Source of the DNA: a virus
Taxonomy: Duplodnaviria > Caudoviricetes
Virus record (IMG/VR): IMGVR_UViG_3300020576_006967
Location: 96,001 to 160,000 of that record
DNA: 64,000 bases
Direction: 5' to 3' (one strand)
Shown here: positions 19,464-29,111 of the stretch, piece after piece
How the letters are laid out: each line of letters opens with the position of its first letter
How positions within the stretch are numbered: the stretch's first letter is position 1
The notes under the pieces: model-generated
What the model was told of the DNA's origin: nothing
Seen by the model: only the letters and a program-made list of their open reading frames with translations
Databases searched by the model: none
Translations under genes and position numbers: made by a program

Positions 19464-21047
19464 ATGCCAACTAAAAATTATCCATTAATAAAAAAAAGAA
19501 TATCTGAAATTCAAAAAGAACTTAAAGTTCTTAGTAAAAAAGGTATAAAAAAAGAAGTTCCAGAATATATTTCTAGAGAAATGCAAGATAATATTAGTTA
19601 TTTGGGCACTCAAATTTATAATTTTAAAAATAGCAAGGCGTTTAATTTCCATTCAATTAAAGAGAAGTTTTTTACAACCATTGGAATTGAATATACTTTT
19701 TTAAAAAGATTTAATTCAAAAGAAAAAGAAGTAGATATTTGCAACAAACTAATTAAATTATCTGACAAGCGTCAAACTTGGAACAAGCAAGTTCACGGTG
19801 ATGGCATAGATGTTATTGAGTTCGCCAGCCCAGTTCACAAAAATTGGAAAGACATGCTTGAAAATTATAGAAACACAGTAAAACTCGCCAAAGATTCTGG
19901 GCTTGTTTTAAAAAGAAAAGATTGTGGTAGTGGCGGCGGTCATATTCATATGGGTCTACCTAAGGCGTGGACTTTAGATTTTAAGTTAAGGTTTTTAAAA
20001 GTATTTTATGCAGATATAAATTTAAGGCCATATTTAAATTGGGTATTCAACGAATCTATTGATGATGGGAATGCAAGTTCTATGTTTACTGACTACAACG
20101 GTGCAAAGTTTATGATGACTCTTTTTGAACCAAGATATTTTTCAAGCGAACAAATTTATAGAGATTCTCAATATATTGATTTTAATACAATGCATAATTT
20201 ATCTACAAAAAATTTTGCACTAAGATACGACAACGAGTTTGATACAGTTGAATTAAGAATATTTGACATGATGGAAAACGAAAAAATGTTAGAAGATTAT
20301 GTTGAATTTGCCAATGCTTATTTTAGATTTATTTATTACCTAACGTTAAGAGGATATAGTTGGAACACAGAAACTTGTGAAATAGATTTGTTCAAAGAAT
20401 ACACTCCAGAAGATTATAAAAAACCGTTTTCAATACCAAATACATTATTTGACAGATTTAAAAATAAGAAAAAAACAATAGAAAGGTTTGAAAAATTTTT
20501 AGACATTTTAGGTCTAGATAAAAAAAAATATAGAAAGTACATTAAAAAAAATTATGAAGAAAGACTAAAGTTAAGCAAAGTCGGAGATGTAAAAATGGAT
20601 TACGACACAATTAAAAGTTTTGTTTGGCCTGAAAGAGTTTTTGTAAATTCAGAAGAAAACGTTGACGGTAAATATGATAATTTAAATTCTGCATCAGACC
20701 ACTCTGAAGATATAGTTGTAAATATTAGAGCAAATAACCAAGAGGACATTTCAATAGAAGCCTTTGAGGCGTTTAACGAAGTGACAACTTCTGATTCTTT
20801 AGAATCAAGCGAGGTGGCTGATAACAATTCTTCTGGTGAGGTTTTTTCAGAAAGATTAGAAGTTAGACCAGCATTAAACTCAAATCAAACACTCACAACT
20901 TCAAATGAACTCACAACTCTTAGTGGTGTCCAAGATCCATTAAGAAGGATAAGGGTTTTAAGTCGAATTATTGCAGAGGATTTATTAAAAAAAATGGAAG
21001 AAACTCCTAGGAATGGTCAAAAAATAACAATATCAACAACATGGTAG
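19464..21047 (+). CDS. putative amidoligase (COOH-NH2 ligase, glutamine-synthetase-like fold)
   Basis: TIGIEY, IEFASP, GGGHIHMG, TVELRIF; low-complexity acidic C-terminus. Confidence 0.7.
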   Translation: MPTKNYPLIKKRISEIQKELKVLSKKGIKKEVPEYISREMQDNISYLGTQIYNFKNSKAFNFHSIKEKFFTTIGIEYTFLKRFNSKEKEVDICNKLIKLSDKRQTWNKQVHGDGIDVIEFASPVHKNWKDMLENYRNTVKLAKDSGLVLKRKDCGSGGGHIHMGLPKAWTLDFKLRFLKVFYADINLRPYLNWVFNESIDDGNASSMFTDYNGAKFMMTLFEPRYFSSEQIYRDSQYIDFNTMHNLSTKNFALRYDNEFDTVELRIFDMMENEKMLEDYVEFANAYFRFIYYLTLRGYSWNTETCEIDLFKEYTPEDYKKPFSIPNTLFDRFKNKKKTIERFEKFLDILGLDKKKYRKYIKKNYEERLKLSKVGDVKMDYDTIKSFVWPERVFVNSEENVDGKYDNLNSASDHSEDIVVNIRANNQEDISIEAFEAFNEVTTSDSLESSEVADNNSSGEVFSERLEVRPALNSNQTLTTSNELTTLSGVQDPLRRIRVLSRIIAEDLLKKMEETPRNGQKITISTTW

Positions 21048-21295
21048 CAACAACGATAATTGGTCTAGTGTCTGGCGCTTTTACAACAGTATCGCTTATA
21101 CCTCAAATAGTAAAAATACTTAAAACAAAGGATACAAAAAGTATTTCACTTCCGATGTATGTGATTTATGTTATAGGTATTATTGGCTGGTTAATATATG
21201 GTTTTATGCTTGGAGAATTTGCACTTATATTCTCTAACTTTTTTTCTTTCTCGTTTGGATTATTGATATTGATTTTGAAACTAATTTACAAATAA
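21041..21295 (+). CDS. SemiSWEET / PQ-loop sugar transporter
   Basis: TTVSLIPQIVKILKTKDTKSISL.MY....G..WLIYG....N; 3 TM, 84 aa. Confidence 0.9.
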   Translation: MVATTIIGLVSGAFTTVSLIPQIVKILKTKDTKSISLPMYVIYVIGIIGWLIYGFMLGEFALIFSNFFSFSFGLLILILKLIYK

Positions 21296-21304
21296 CACGT
21301 ATAA
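21276..21304 (+). promoter_or_regulatory. ECF-sigma-like phage promoter
   Basis: TGAAAC-N16-CGTATAA. Confidence 0.7.
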
Positions 21305-21323
21305 ATTATACAAAACTTATAAA

Positions 21324-21680
21324 ATGTTTAAAACTGTTTTAATAAAAGGAATGCTATGGAATGGAGATTTCTTTCTAGGTAGATTTCCAAAAGAGCTTTC
21401 ATATGTGCAGCATGGCGCTCACAAAGTGGTAGCAATTCCAGCAATGCTAATGGATGATCCAAGCGTATTTAAAGAAGTGGATGATGGGGAAATTAATAAC
21501 CTACTTCCAAACGCAATGATTACTTCACCTTACACAATAAAATTCGAAGGGGCTAAATATGGAGAAGATGAAAGAGAACCTCCTTTTTTAAATTCAAAAA
21601 AACCATTTACAAAAGAAGATCAGAAAAAAATTGCCGAAGCAATGAAAACTTTACAAGCATATGGTTTATTTGGTTTTTAA
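21324..21680 (+). CDS. hypothetical protein
   Basis: ORF after promoter. Confidence 0.65.
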   Translation: MFKTVLIKGMLWNGDFFLGRFPKELSYVQHGAHKVVAIPAMLMDDPSVFKEVDDGEINNLLPNAMITSPYTIKFEGAKYGEDEREPPFLNSKKPFTKEDQKKIAEAMKTLQAYGLFGF

Positions 21681-21682
21681 TT

Positions 21683-21955
21683 ATGGATGGAAGTCACAAA
21701 TTTAGAAGTGGTAAATATGAAGGCATGACAGTTGAAGATGTCATGAGAATTGACCTTGATTATTATGAGTGGGTCAAGGAAAATAAACCGATGATGCTTA
21801 GACCAAACATGAATCAAAAGTTTCAACCACAAGCTAAGCCAGAAGTAAAAATACCAAGGAAAGAACCGCCGCCAGATGATGAAGTTGTGCCAAAAAGTTC
21901 ATTAGTTGACAATACAGATTTCCTTAACCAAGGACCACACGGAAAGTTAAATTAA
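21683..21955 (+). CDS. small protein with F.GKY.G...YxxW (ExoX C-terminal/DUF3820-like) domain
   Basis: KFRSGKYEGMTVEDV...DYYEWV. Confidence 0.6.
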   Translation: MDGSHKFRSGKYEGMTVEDVMRIDLDYYEWVKENKPMMLRPNMNQKFQPQAKPEVKIPRKEPPPDDEVVPKSSLVDNTDFLNQGPHGKLN

Positions 21956-22224
21956 ACTATAAATAATGAATAAGCAAGGAGAACACTCAGGAAAAATAGT
22001 TAGAACCAAATTGGGTGATGGCTATACTATCAATGCTGATAAACCAGTACAAGGAAAAATAGTTGTATATTTGGATGATGGTAGAAAAGTATTGTGTACT
22101 CCTGAAAAATTGAAATTTCTTGGTTTCTATGACTAGGTGACAAAAAGTCATTTAATGTCATGTTTTTTACAATGGTACATAATTTGATTATTTGATTTTG
22201 CTATAAACCAATAAACACAAAAAT

Positions 22225-22605
22225 ATGAAAAACAAAAACAATGATTCGTTTGATGATTTTTTCGAAAATCTGTTCAGTAAAGCTTTTTTAATTGGTTCTT
22301 TTAAACTAGGCAGTTTCGGGTTCAATGACGATGAGGATTCTTCTTTTCCAAAAGATGGTGATGAAAATTACCACAAAACAGAAGAGGTTACAGAAACAAG
22401 TTCTCACTCTATTAAAAAAGAGATTTGGACAAGTTTAGATGGCACACAATCATTTCAAAGAACAACCAGTCAAAGTAAAAAGACGGAAAGAGCTTTAAGT
22501 GAAGAAAAAATTAAAGAATTAAGGGATGAAGCTGTAGCTGAGCACAGATATGAAGATGCTGCAAAATACAGAGATCAGCTATTAAAACTAAAAACGGACA
22601 AATAA
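22225..22605 (+). CDS. UVR-motif protein
   Basis: RDEAVAEHRYEDAAKYRDQLLKL. Confidence 0.75.
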   Translation: MKNKNNDSFDDFFENLFSKAFLIGSFKLGSFGFNDDEDSSFPKDGDENYHKTEEVTETSSHSIKKEIWTSLDGTQSFQRTTSQSKKTERALSEEKIKELRDEAVAEHRYEDAAKYRDQLLKLKTDK

Positions 22606-22625
22606 AACGATTGGGAGATCGTATA

Positions 22626-22653
22626 AGCTCTAGGGTATCCTAGGGCTTTTTTT
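22626..22653 (+). terminator. Rho-independent terminator
   Basis: AGCTCTAGG-GTAT-CCTAGGGCT then T7. Confidence 0.7.
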
Positions 22654-22699
22654 GTAAATTTTTTTTAGTTTTAACGTAAAAATTAATGTATTTATAAAC

Positions 22700-23338
22700 A
22701 TGAAATTAAAACTAATAATCATCCTGGTTTTTATAGCCAATTTATTGCTGTCTCAAAGCAAATCTAATTCAAAATACGACACAATAATTCACACACAAGC
22801 TTATACCAGCTATTTTTCCAAAAAATATTTGGCCCCAGTAGCCGTTACTTACACTTTAATAAACGCTGGCGGAAATTGTGATAGAGGTAGCTTTTATTTT
22901 AAAAACGATATTAAAGCTCTTAAAACTGCTACTGATAAAGATTATGCTATGAGTGGATATGATAAGGGACACATGGCACCAGCAGAGGCTTATGCTTATA
23001 GTTGTTTTCTTGAAGAGTTGACATTTAGGTATTATAATTGTGTGCCACAAGATCCTGCATTAAATAGAGGTCAATGGAAAGCAAAAGAAAATCAAGAAAG
23101 AAAACTATCATTAAACGATACAATAGTTGTGGTGTGTTTCAATGAATTTGGTAAAAACAAAATCGGAAACGTTGGAATCCCAGACAAATGCTATAAATTT
23201 GTTATAAGCAAATCAACTAAAAAAGTTCTTCTAGCTTTTTGTTACACAAATGTTGGAAACCCAGTCTATACAAATTTGGAAAATCAATTAGTTTTCTATA
23301 AATTTGTATTAAAATTGGGTGGATATGGAAAAAAATAG
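22700..23338 (+). CDS. exported DNA/RNA non-specific endonuclease (NucA/EndoG family)
   Basis: Signal peptide; SGYDKGHMAPA, N.VPQ...LNRGQWK..E. Confidence 0.88.
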   Translation: MKLKLIIILVFIANLLLSQSKSNSKYDTIIHTQAYTSYFSKKYLAPVAVTYTLINAGGNCDRGSFYFKNDIKALKTATDKDYAMSGYDKGHMAPAEAYAYSCFLEELTFRYYNCVPQDPALNRGQWKAKENQERKLSLNDTIVVVCFNEFGKNKIGNVGIPDKCYKFVISKSTKKVLLAFCYTNVGNPVYTNLENQLVFYKFVLKLGGYGKK

Positions 23339-23624
23339 TAATACCGACTTATATCTTTTACGAGATAATTTATTTGATTTTCCAAATTCACATGGTTTTA
23401 TGAATCGTGAAAAACCTGGACGCATCTTATGGTCTCAAGAAGAACTAGATGAAATAACAAAACAACTGGAACAAATTGAAAATGCTCCTGTTGCAATTTT
23501 GCGTAGCATTTTATTTTTCCACGCCGAACAAAAAGGTATTACTCTTAAAAAGCTAAAAGAGTTTTTTTCAGATAAGGCTATTAAACTTTTTGAAGTTGAT
23601 GGTTATGTTAAAATTGAAAAATGA
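23319..23624 (+). CDS. hypothetical protein
   Basis: Packed ORF. Confidence 0.6.
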   Translation: MDMEKNSNTDLYLLRDNLFDFPNSHGFMNREKPGRILWSQEELDEITKQLEQIENAPVAILRSILFFHAEQKGITLKKLKEFFSDKAIKLFEVDGYVKIEK

Positions 23625-23788
23625 TGGAAGTTTTACAAGTAAATAATTGGTTAAAACAAATAGCTGTATATGATGGCTATGATCCAATTAACAATAAATT
23701 TATAAACCCACATTATAACAATCTTAAAGGTGGGTATGGCGGAAATTATACAAAAGAGTTTTTAATGTTTTTACATAAAATAAAATGA
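23624..23788 (+). CDS. small MEVLxVxxW-motif protein (54 aa)
   Basis: Translated by hand: MEVLQVNNWLKQ... Confidence 0.55.
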   Translation: MEVLQVNNWLKQIAVYDGYDPINNKFINPHYNNLKGGYGGNYTKEFLMFLHKIK

Positions 23789-24048
23789 CAGAAGCAGATT
23801 TAGATAGTTTAGGATTTAGAGTTCTTGAAGATGAAGAGGACGATGATTGTGGTATAAGATGGGATTGGGGATCATATACATACGAAAGACCTGATGGTAG
23901 CAGACAATATTTTCCAATATTAAGGTATAATACACAAACCAAAATGGTGTTTTGCAACGCTATGGAATTTTCAAGAAAAGTGGAAAACTACAAAACAATG
24001 TTGGAAATTATTGATGCAACCAGTTTTTTAATGACGCAATATGTTTAG
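23785..24048 (+). CDS. hypothetical protein
   Basis: ATGA-coupled ORF. Confidence 0.65.
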   Translation: MTEADLDSLGFRVLEDEEDDDCGIRWDWGSYTYERPDGSRQYFPILRYNTQTKMVFCNAMEFSRKVENYKTMLEIIDATSFLMTQYV

Positions 24049-24436
24049 AATCATACACAATAGTTTAAAACACTTATACTACGGTTCTATATTAAATTTA
24101 TGGGCAGCAAAAATAGAGCGTTTTTTTACAACTAGATCAATAGAAAAAAACATTAAAGAAAGAGGTGACACAATTCTTTCTAACAGATCTTATATAGGGC
24201 AACATTCGACTTATACAACCAAATTACCTAAACGTAAAGATGGTTTGAACTCTTGTGAAATACATGGTGGAAAATATAAATTCCACCCATTATACACCAC
24301 ACAGCAACAAATTGACGATATATCTAAAATGTCTTCTTTTGGTAATAATAGAATCAGCGAACTTGATGCGTTATTAAAAGTGCTTATTGATGCTGAAAAT
24401 AAAGTTAGGTTAAAAAATAAAAACAATGACCTATAA
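24041..24436 (+). CDS. hypothetical protein
   Basis: Packed ORF. Confidence 0.6.
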   Translation: MFRIIHNSLKHLYYGSILNLWAAKIERFFTTRSIEKNIKERGDTILSNRSYIGQHSTYTTKLPKRKDGLNSCEIHGGKYKFHPLYTTQQQIDDISKMSSFGNNRISELDALLKVLIDAENKVRLKNKNNDL

Positions 24437-24626
24437 TGTTTTATTTGTAGAAGATTGGCTTAATTTTAGTGAACCAGATGAAGAAGGTTTTATAAACCAC
24501 ATAAAAATTTTAAAAAAAGAAGGAATACCAATAAGCAGAAGAAGAATTGTGGTCTTAGCAAGAGCATACAATGTCAAGCTTCCACTAAACGAAGAAATTT
24601 CAAAAATATTACAATCAATTTTATGA
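24426..24626 (+). CDS. small VLxVEDW-motif protein
   Basis: MTYNVLFVEDWLN. Confidence 0.6.
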   Translation: MTYNVLFVEDWLNFSEPDEEGFINHIKILKKEGIPISRRRIVVLARAYNVKLPLNEEISKILQSIL

Positions 24627-24925
24627 AAGAAAAAAAGGTATATGTTATACAATGTGAATCTGGACATTGGGACTCACACCACACATGGATTGGTGGCATT
24701 TATGATGATTTAGATTTGGCAAATTTGGATTGTAAAAAATTAAATGATAGAGCCAAAGCGGTTCAAGATAGCTGTCCAATAAAAAAGAAAATCGAGGAGA
24801 TGACAGATGAGGAAGAAGAGATTTATGATATTTGGTGGGCTAAAAACCAAGAAGCAGTAGAATGGGAAGATGCAAAAGTTAAAGATTTTGAATTAAATGA
24901 ATTATATGAAAACAGATTGGGATAA
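24623..24925 (+). CDS. hypothetical protein
   Basis: ATGA-coupled ORF. Confidence 0.65.
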   Translation: MKEKKVYVIQCESGHWDSHHTWIGGIYDDLDLANLDCKKLNDRAKAVQDSCPIKKKIEEMTDEEEEIYDIWWAKNQEAVEWEDAKVKDFELNELYENRLG

Positions 24926-25346
24926 AAGATTTATGGATCTTGCTGAGCATGTATCCAAATGGAGCAAAGACAGAAGAAAAAAAGTTGGCTCCGTAATAGT
25001 GGATGATGATAGAAGAGTTATTAGTATGGGGTTTAACGGCTTTGCTTCAAAGATTAACGATGATGTAGAGGAAAGGCATGTTAAGCCATTAAAAAACTTC
25101 TATGTAGAGCATGCGGAGAGAAATTCAATATATAGCGCCGCCAAATCTGGCATAGCCTTAAAGGGCACAACAATATACATTAATTGGTTTGCTTGTTCAG
25201 AATGCTGTAGGGCCATAATTCAAAGCGGTATTAAACGTGTGGTATGTATTAAACCAGATTTTGAAGATGATTCCTGGGGTGAAGCCTTCAAAGTTTCAAA
25301 ATCTATGTTCGAAGAAGCTGGGGTAGAAGTTGCTTATTTAGATTAA
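24906..25346 (+). CDS. dCMP deaminase
   Basis: WDKRFMDLA...SKD..KVG..GFNGF..HAERN...CSECCRAIIQSGIKRV. Confidence 0.9.
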   Translation: MKTDWDKRFMDLAEHVSKWSKDRRKKVGSVIVDDDRRVISMGFNGFASKINDDVEERHVKPLKNFYVEHAERNSIYSAAKSGIALKGTTIYINWFACSECCRAIIQSGIKRVVCIKPDFEDDSWGEAFKVSKSMFEEAGVEVAYLD

Positions 25347-25353
25347 AAAAATT

Positions 25354-25998
25354 ATGAGAAAGAAAATAGAAAAGACAAATAAAGAAAAGATGTTGGATCT
25401 TTTTACGGCTTGTGTTAACAATAGGTCGTTTTATGACAATTTTTATAAAACAGAAAAAAATACCAATAAAGAAAAAATAGTATCTGGGTATCAAACAGAT
25501 GTTGCGACAAAAATAACACGTTATTGTTATGAAGATAATAGACAATCTGTAAATTTAAAAAAACTTGAAGAATGGGGGTACAAACCAGTAATACAAAAAG
25601 AAGCAAGTGTTTTATATAGCCAATCTTCTTATTTTTCAGATATTTCTATTTATTTTGAAGATTCGCCTACTTTAAAACTTACACTCATAGAAAAAGAAGT
25701 GAACAGAACTGATGATGAAAAAATAGAATTATACAAAACTTTTGAATATAGAGGTTTTTGGAAATGGATAAAATTTTTTATTCCATCTTTCGGAGATGAA
25801 GCAAGAACTGTAACTCTGATAAAAAACGAAATAGAATTTACTCACTTTTATGTTTTATCACACGGAACAATAAAAGAAGAACTAAGCCTTGAAGAAGGCA
25901 AATTATTAGCCGATATATATGAGTTAAAAATAAAAGAAGTCAATGGTCAAATTGATTTGGATAAATTAAATAAAAGAATCACACAATTTGTAAAATAA
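25354..25998 (+). CDS. hypothetical protein
   Basis: 214-aa ORF. Confidence 0.7.
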   Translation: MRKKIEKTNKEKMLDLFTACVNNRSFYDNFYKTEKNTNKEKIVSGYQTDVATKITRYCYEDNRQSVNLKKLEEWGYKPVIQKEASVLYSQSSYFSDISIYFEDSPTLKLTLIEKEVNRTDDEKIELYKTFEYRGFWKWIKFFIPSFGDEARTVTLIKNEIEFTHFYVLSHGTIKEELSLEEGKLLADIYELKIKEVNGQIDLDKLNKRITQFVK

Positions 25999-26188
25999 AT
26001 TAAAATGTCATTTATTCAGATTTTTTTGTGCATAATTATAGGTGTATGCTTGCTAGAATTTAGAGAGTTAAATGCAAATAAAATTAAAAATGACGAAAAA
26101 ATAGTTTTCGTTATTTTAGTCATTTTGGTTATTATTTTATTGCACACTTTTTATGCTGATAGTGTGGATATGGTTCAAAATTAATAAA

Positions 26189-26419
26189 ATGGAAAACATA
26201 GATTTAGAAGAAGGTACAGAAAATTACACACACGAAGAATTGAAAGCTTTAGTTGATAAACAGTGGAGTAGAATGTCTGATGAAGAAAAAGCATGGAGAT
26301 GCGGTTATAGAAACGGCGTTCTTGATCCTACGTTTCACGAATATGTTTTGTACCATACAAAAGCAGGGGATAAAATTGAATTAAACGAGTATACAAAAGA
26401 ATTTAAAATAATAAGATAA
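26189..26419 (+). CDS. hypothetical protein
   Basis: ATG 26189; TAATG coupling to next gene. Confidence 0.6.
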   Translation: MENIDLEEGTENYTHEELKALVDKQWSRMSDEEKAWRCGYRNGVLDPTFHEYVLYHTKAGDKIELNEYTKEFKIIR

Positions 26420-26718
26420 TGTCATATTGCAAACATTGTGGAGACAAACTCACGAGCCTTGAATTGGCTACGACACATCACTGTAGTAAAATGGGTATTT
26501 TACATGCTTTAACCGATGGAACATTTATTGTTTCTACTGCAATAGAGGTCGCAACTGGATCCTCTTCTCTGGGTTCTTTGGGCGGAAATATACTTGGCGG
26601 TGCCGCAGATAGTGTTATTGGCGGAATTAGTTCTTTTTTCACAAGCGATGACGATGAAGAAGATGATGATGATGATGATGATTATGGGACATCAGATGAT
26701 GATGACTGGGATGATTAA
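26419..26718 (+). CDS. hypothetical protein with Cys/His N-terminus, Gly-rich middle and poly-Asp tail
   Basis: YCKHC..HHC; DDDEEDDDDDDD. Confidence 0.6.
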   Translation: MSYCKHCGDKLTSLELATTHHCSKMGILHALTDGTFIVSTAIEVATGSSSLGSLGGNILGGAADSVIGGISSFFTSDDDEEDDDDDDDYGTSDDDDWDD

Positions 26719-26729
26719 TTTTTTATATT

Positions 26730-27080
26730 ATGAAATTTATATCGCTTAATCAGAAACAAGATGCGTGTTCAATAAAAAGAACTCAAGCCCAAGAAGGAAA
26801 GTGGAATTTACAAAATAAAGAAAGCGGTAAATACATTTCCGACATTTGGTTTGATAATTTGGGAACATGGAGTAGCTTTTCATCTATTGTAGGTAATGAG
26901 CATGATATTTTTGGTTGGGATGGATTAATATTTTTAGAAGAACCAAGACCAGCAAAGGGGGCTTATCCATATATGGTGAAATCTAAAATTTATCATTACA
27001 ATAGTGAGGGCGAATTGTTAAGTATTGGCGAAAATGTCTGTGGAATATGGGGGTTTGGTTATAATGAAAATGCTAGATAA
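26730..27080 (+). CDS. hypothetical protein
   Basis: ORF. Confidence 0.6.
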   Translation: MKFISLNQKQDACSIKRTQAQEGKWNLQNKESGKYISDIWFDNLGTWSSFSSIVGNEHDIFGWDGLIFLEEPRPAKGAYPYMVKSKIYHYNSEGELLSIGENVCGIWGFGYNENAR

Positions 27081-27194
27081 TAAAAAATGAACGAGGAGAT
27101 GGATAATTTTAAGACATTTGTTAAAATTTGGGTTTTATCTTTAATTTCTGTATTTTTAATAATTGTTATAGCTTTAATTATAAAAATGTAAAGA

Positions 27195-27641
27195 ATGAAA
27201 TTTTTTTTAAATATCTTTTTTTGTTTAATAGTTTTGTTTTGTAGTGCTCAAAAACACGAAGAAAATATCTATAAAACATGCGTAGCTACAAATACCTTAA
27301 CAGTTAAATCTCATACCTCTACAACAATATATTATAGAACGACAATAAAAGTAAAAGAAGATACAATAGCGTCTATATATCTTTTTATTGTGGCAAAAAT
27401 TGGAAATGAATTTGTTGGTGTTTGGTTGGCAAACGAAAAAACAAAGGGCATGCTTTTCTCTTATGTTTATGGAAAAGGAAACGAGACTGGTGTTTTTGAA
27501 TACAACAAGGAATATATGGCCGTATCTACGTCTGGAAGATCAATGTCATTTGTTGAAAAATCAGATTCAGTATATCTACCCTCTAAGCTTAACAAACAAG
27601 TGCTTGAAAAAAATATAGTAGAACACTACGTATTCAAATAA
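27195..27641 (+). CDS. exported hypothetical protein
   Basis: Signal peptide ending ..CSA-Q. Confidence 0.6.
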   Translation: MKFFLNIFFCLIVLFCSAQKHEENIYKTCVATNTLTVKSHTSTTIYYRTTIKVKEDTIASIYLFIVAKIGNEFVGVWLANEKTKGMLFSYVYGKGNETGVFEYNKEYMAVSTSGRSMSFVEKSDSVYLPSKLNKQVLEKNIVEHYVFK

Positions 27642-27651
27642 AACGAAAAAA

Positions 27652-28296
27652 TTGAAAAAATTACTTTATTTACTCAGCTCAATATTGGTTTATTTGTGGA
27701 TTTGTAATACGCCGACATTTCAATTCATAGCGTGGCCAATAAATATGCTTTGTACTTTTTTACACGAATTTGGTCATGCGTTTTTTTCTATAATTTCTGG
27801 CGGTACAGTACACTCTTTAGCAGTTAACAATGATGGCAGTGGCGTTACAACAACGAGCGGAGGCAGTCAAGGATTGTGCACAATAGGCGGTTATGTTGGA
27901 AGCGCTATTTTTGGAAATGTTATGCTGTGGTTATCTGGAAGTAAGTGGTCTTCTATCACTTTAAAAATTATTGCTTTTGCAATGTTCTTTTCTTCTATAA
28001 TTTGGTTTGACAATATTTTCACAACTGCTATTCTGGCTTTTTTTGCAATTGGTTTATACTTTGTTTCAATGGTACCTTTTAACTCGTTTGTTTTAAGTTT
28101 CCTTGGTGTTGCTTGTGCTATTTACATTATACAAGATTTCAATGTTGGACCAACATCAGATCTTCAAGCTTACGAGCAAGAAGTTGGTATATTTCCTGCA
28201 GGTGTTTGGATGTACATTTGGTTAGGTTTAGTTTTGGCAAGTACATCTTTTACGATGTGGAAAATTTTAAAAATAAATAATGGAAGAAGCAATTAA
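27652..28296 (+). CDS. M50B-like membrane metallopeptidase
   Basis: FLHEFGHA...GG.V...DGSGVT...GGYVGS...SD; multiple TM helices. Confidence 0.88.
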   Translation: MKKLLYLLSSILVYLWICNTPTFQFIAWPINMLCTFLHEFGHAFFSIISGGTVHSLAVNNDGSGVTTTSGGSQGLCTIGGYVGSAIFGNVMLWLSGSKWSSITLKIIAFAMFFSSIIWFDNIFTTAILAFFAIGLYFVSMVPFNSFVLSFLGVACAIYIIQDFNVGPTSDLQAYEQEVGIFPAGVWMYIWLGLVLASTSFTMWKILKINNGRSN

Positions 28297-28519
28297 AATC
28301 GAAAATGGACAACGTATTTCTATCCCAGTGTGCGGATTAGAGTTTAACGTTGGAAGCAATACAATATGGGTTCACTCACCAGAAGGCGGAACTGTTTTAC
28401 GAATAAAATGTAAAGGTAAAATCAACGTTGAAAAATGTACAAATAGTCCAATATCACATTCAGACATTATTGTAGAAGGAGATATAGATTTTTGTTTGTC
28501 TGAAGATGCTGAAAGTTAG
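28280..28519 (+). CDS. hypothetical protein
   Basis: NTIWVHSPEGGTVLRIKC. Confidence 0.65.
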   Translation: MEEAIKIENGQRISIPVCGLEFNVGSNTIWVHSPEGGTVLRIKCKGKINVEKCTNSPISHSDIIVEGDIDFCLSEDAES

Positions 28520-29004
28520 GCGGACAAATACAAGCCGAAAGCAATCATTGCAACTCCAAAGAAAGCTAGATAAACTCGCCTTTTTCCATACCAAAACCTG
28601 GGAATCCAAATTGTTTTATTTGTAAACGGATTTGCTAACTCCATTTGTTTCTTTTCGTTTGGATCTATAAACGGCTTTCCACCTCCTATATTAACAAATC
28701 CTTGATAGATGGGGCCAGCCATTGCAGAAGTACCAGCAGAGATCAAATATGCAGATAATAGACTCATCCAAATAACATCTGGATGTATGATTCTCATCAT
28801 CGCAAAAAGCATAACGCCAAAAGCTCCAAATAGCGAATACCAAAAAGGAGTCTGGACATAATGAAGGTTTTTAATATATTTTTCAAGCAACGCAGGTAGT
28901 GGGATGTTTCCTTTGGCGTAAAAGCAACCAGATTTAACCGCACTCCAGATGTGTGCACTTGCTACCAGAAGGACCGCAATGATGATGTAAATAATTGTCT
29001 CCAT
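28516..29004 (-). CDS. membrane protein
   Basis: ATG 29004 (METIIYIII) after TATTTAT; about 4 TM helices. Confidence 0.7.
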   Translation of the reverse strand: METIIYIIIAVLLVASAHIWSAVKSGCFYAKGNIPLPALLEKYIKNLHYVQTPFWYSLFGAFGVMLFAMMRIIHPDVIWMSLLSAYLISAGTSAMAGPIYQGFVNIGGGKPFIDPNEKKQMELANPFTNKTIWIPRFWYGKRRVYLAFFGVAMIAFGLYLSA

Positions 29005-29062
29005 AGTTGAACTTTTGTTAATAAATATGTTTAAAAAAGGTCTGGGAAAATTTGGAAAATTG

Positions 29063-29091
29063 TGAAACCTTTTATATCTTTGTTCGTATAA
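29063..29091 (+). promoter_or_regulatory. ECF-sigma-like phage promoter
   Basis: TGAAAC-N16-CGTATAA before ATG 29112. Confidence 0.75.
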
Positions 29092-29111
29092 TATTAAAAT
29101 CAAGACGAAAG

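Noticed and set aside
22598-22626. Additional CGTATAA promoter
   Set aside because: No TGAAAC-like element at 16-nt spacing, and it runs straight into a terminator.
26645-26715. (GAT)n tandem repeat
   Set aside because: It simply encodes a poly-Asp tail; there is no sign of a separate repeat element or phase variation.
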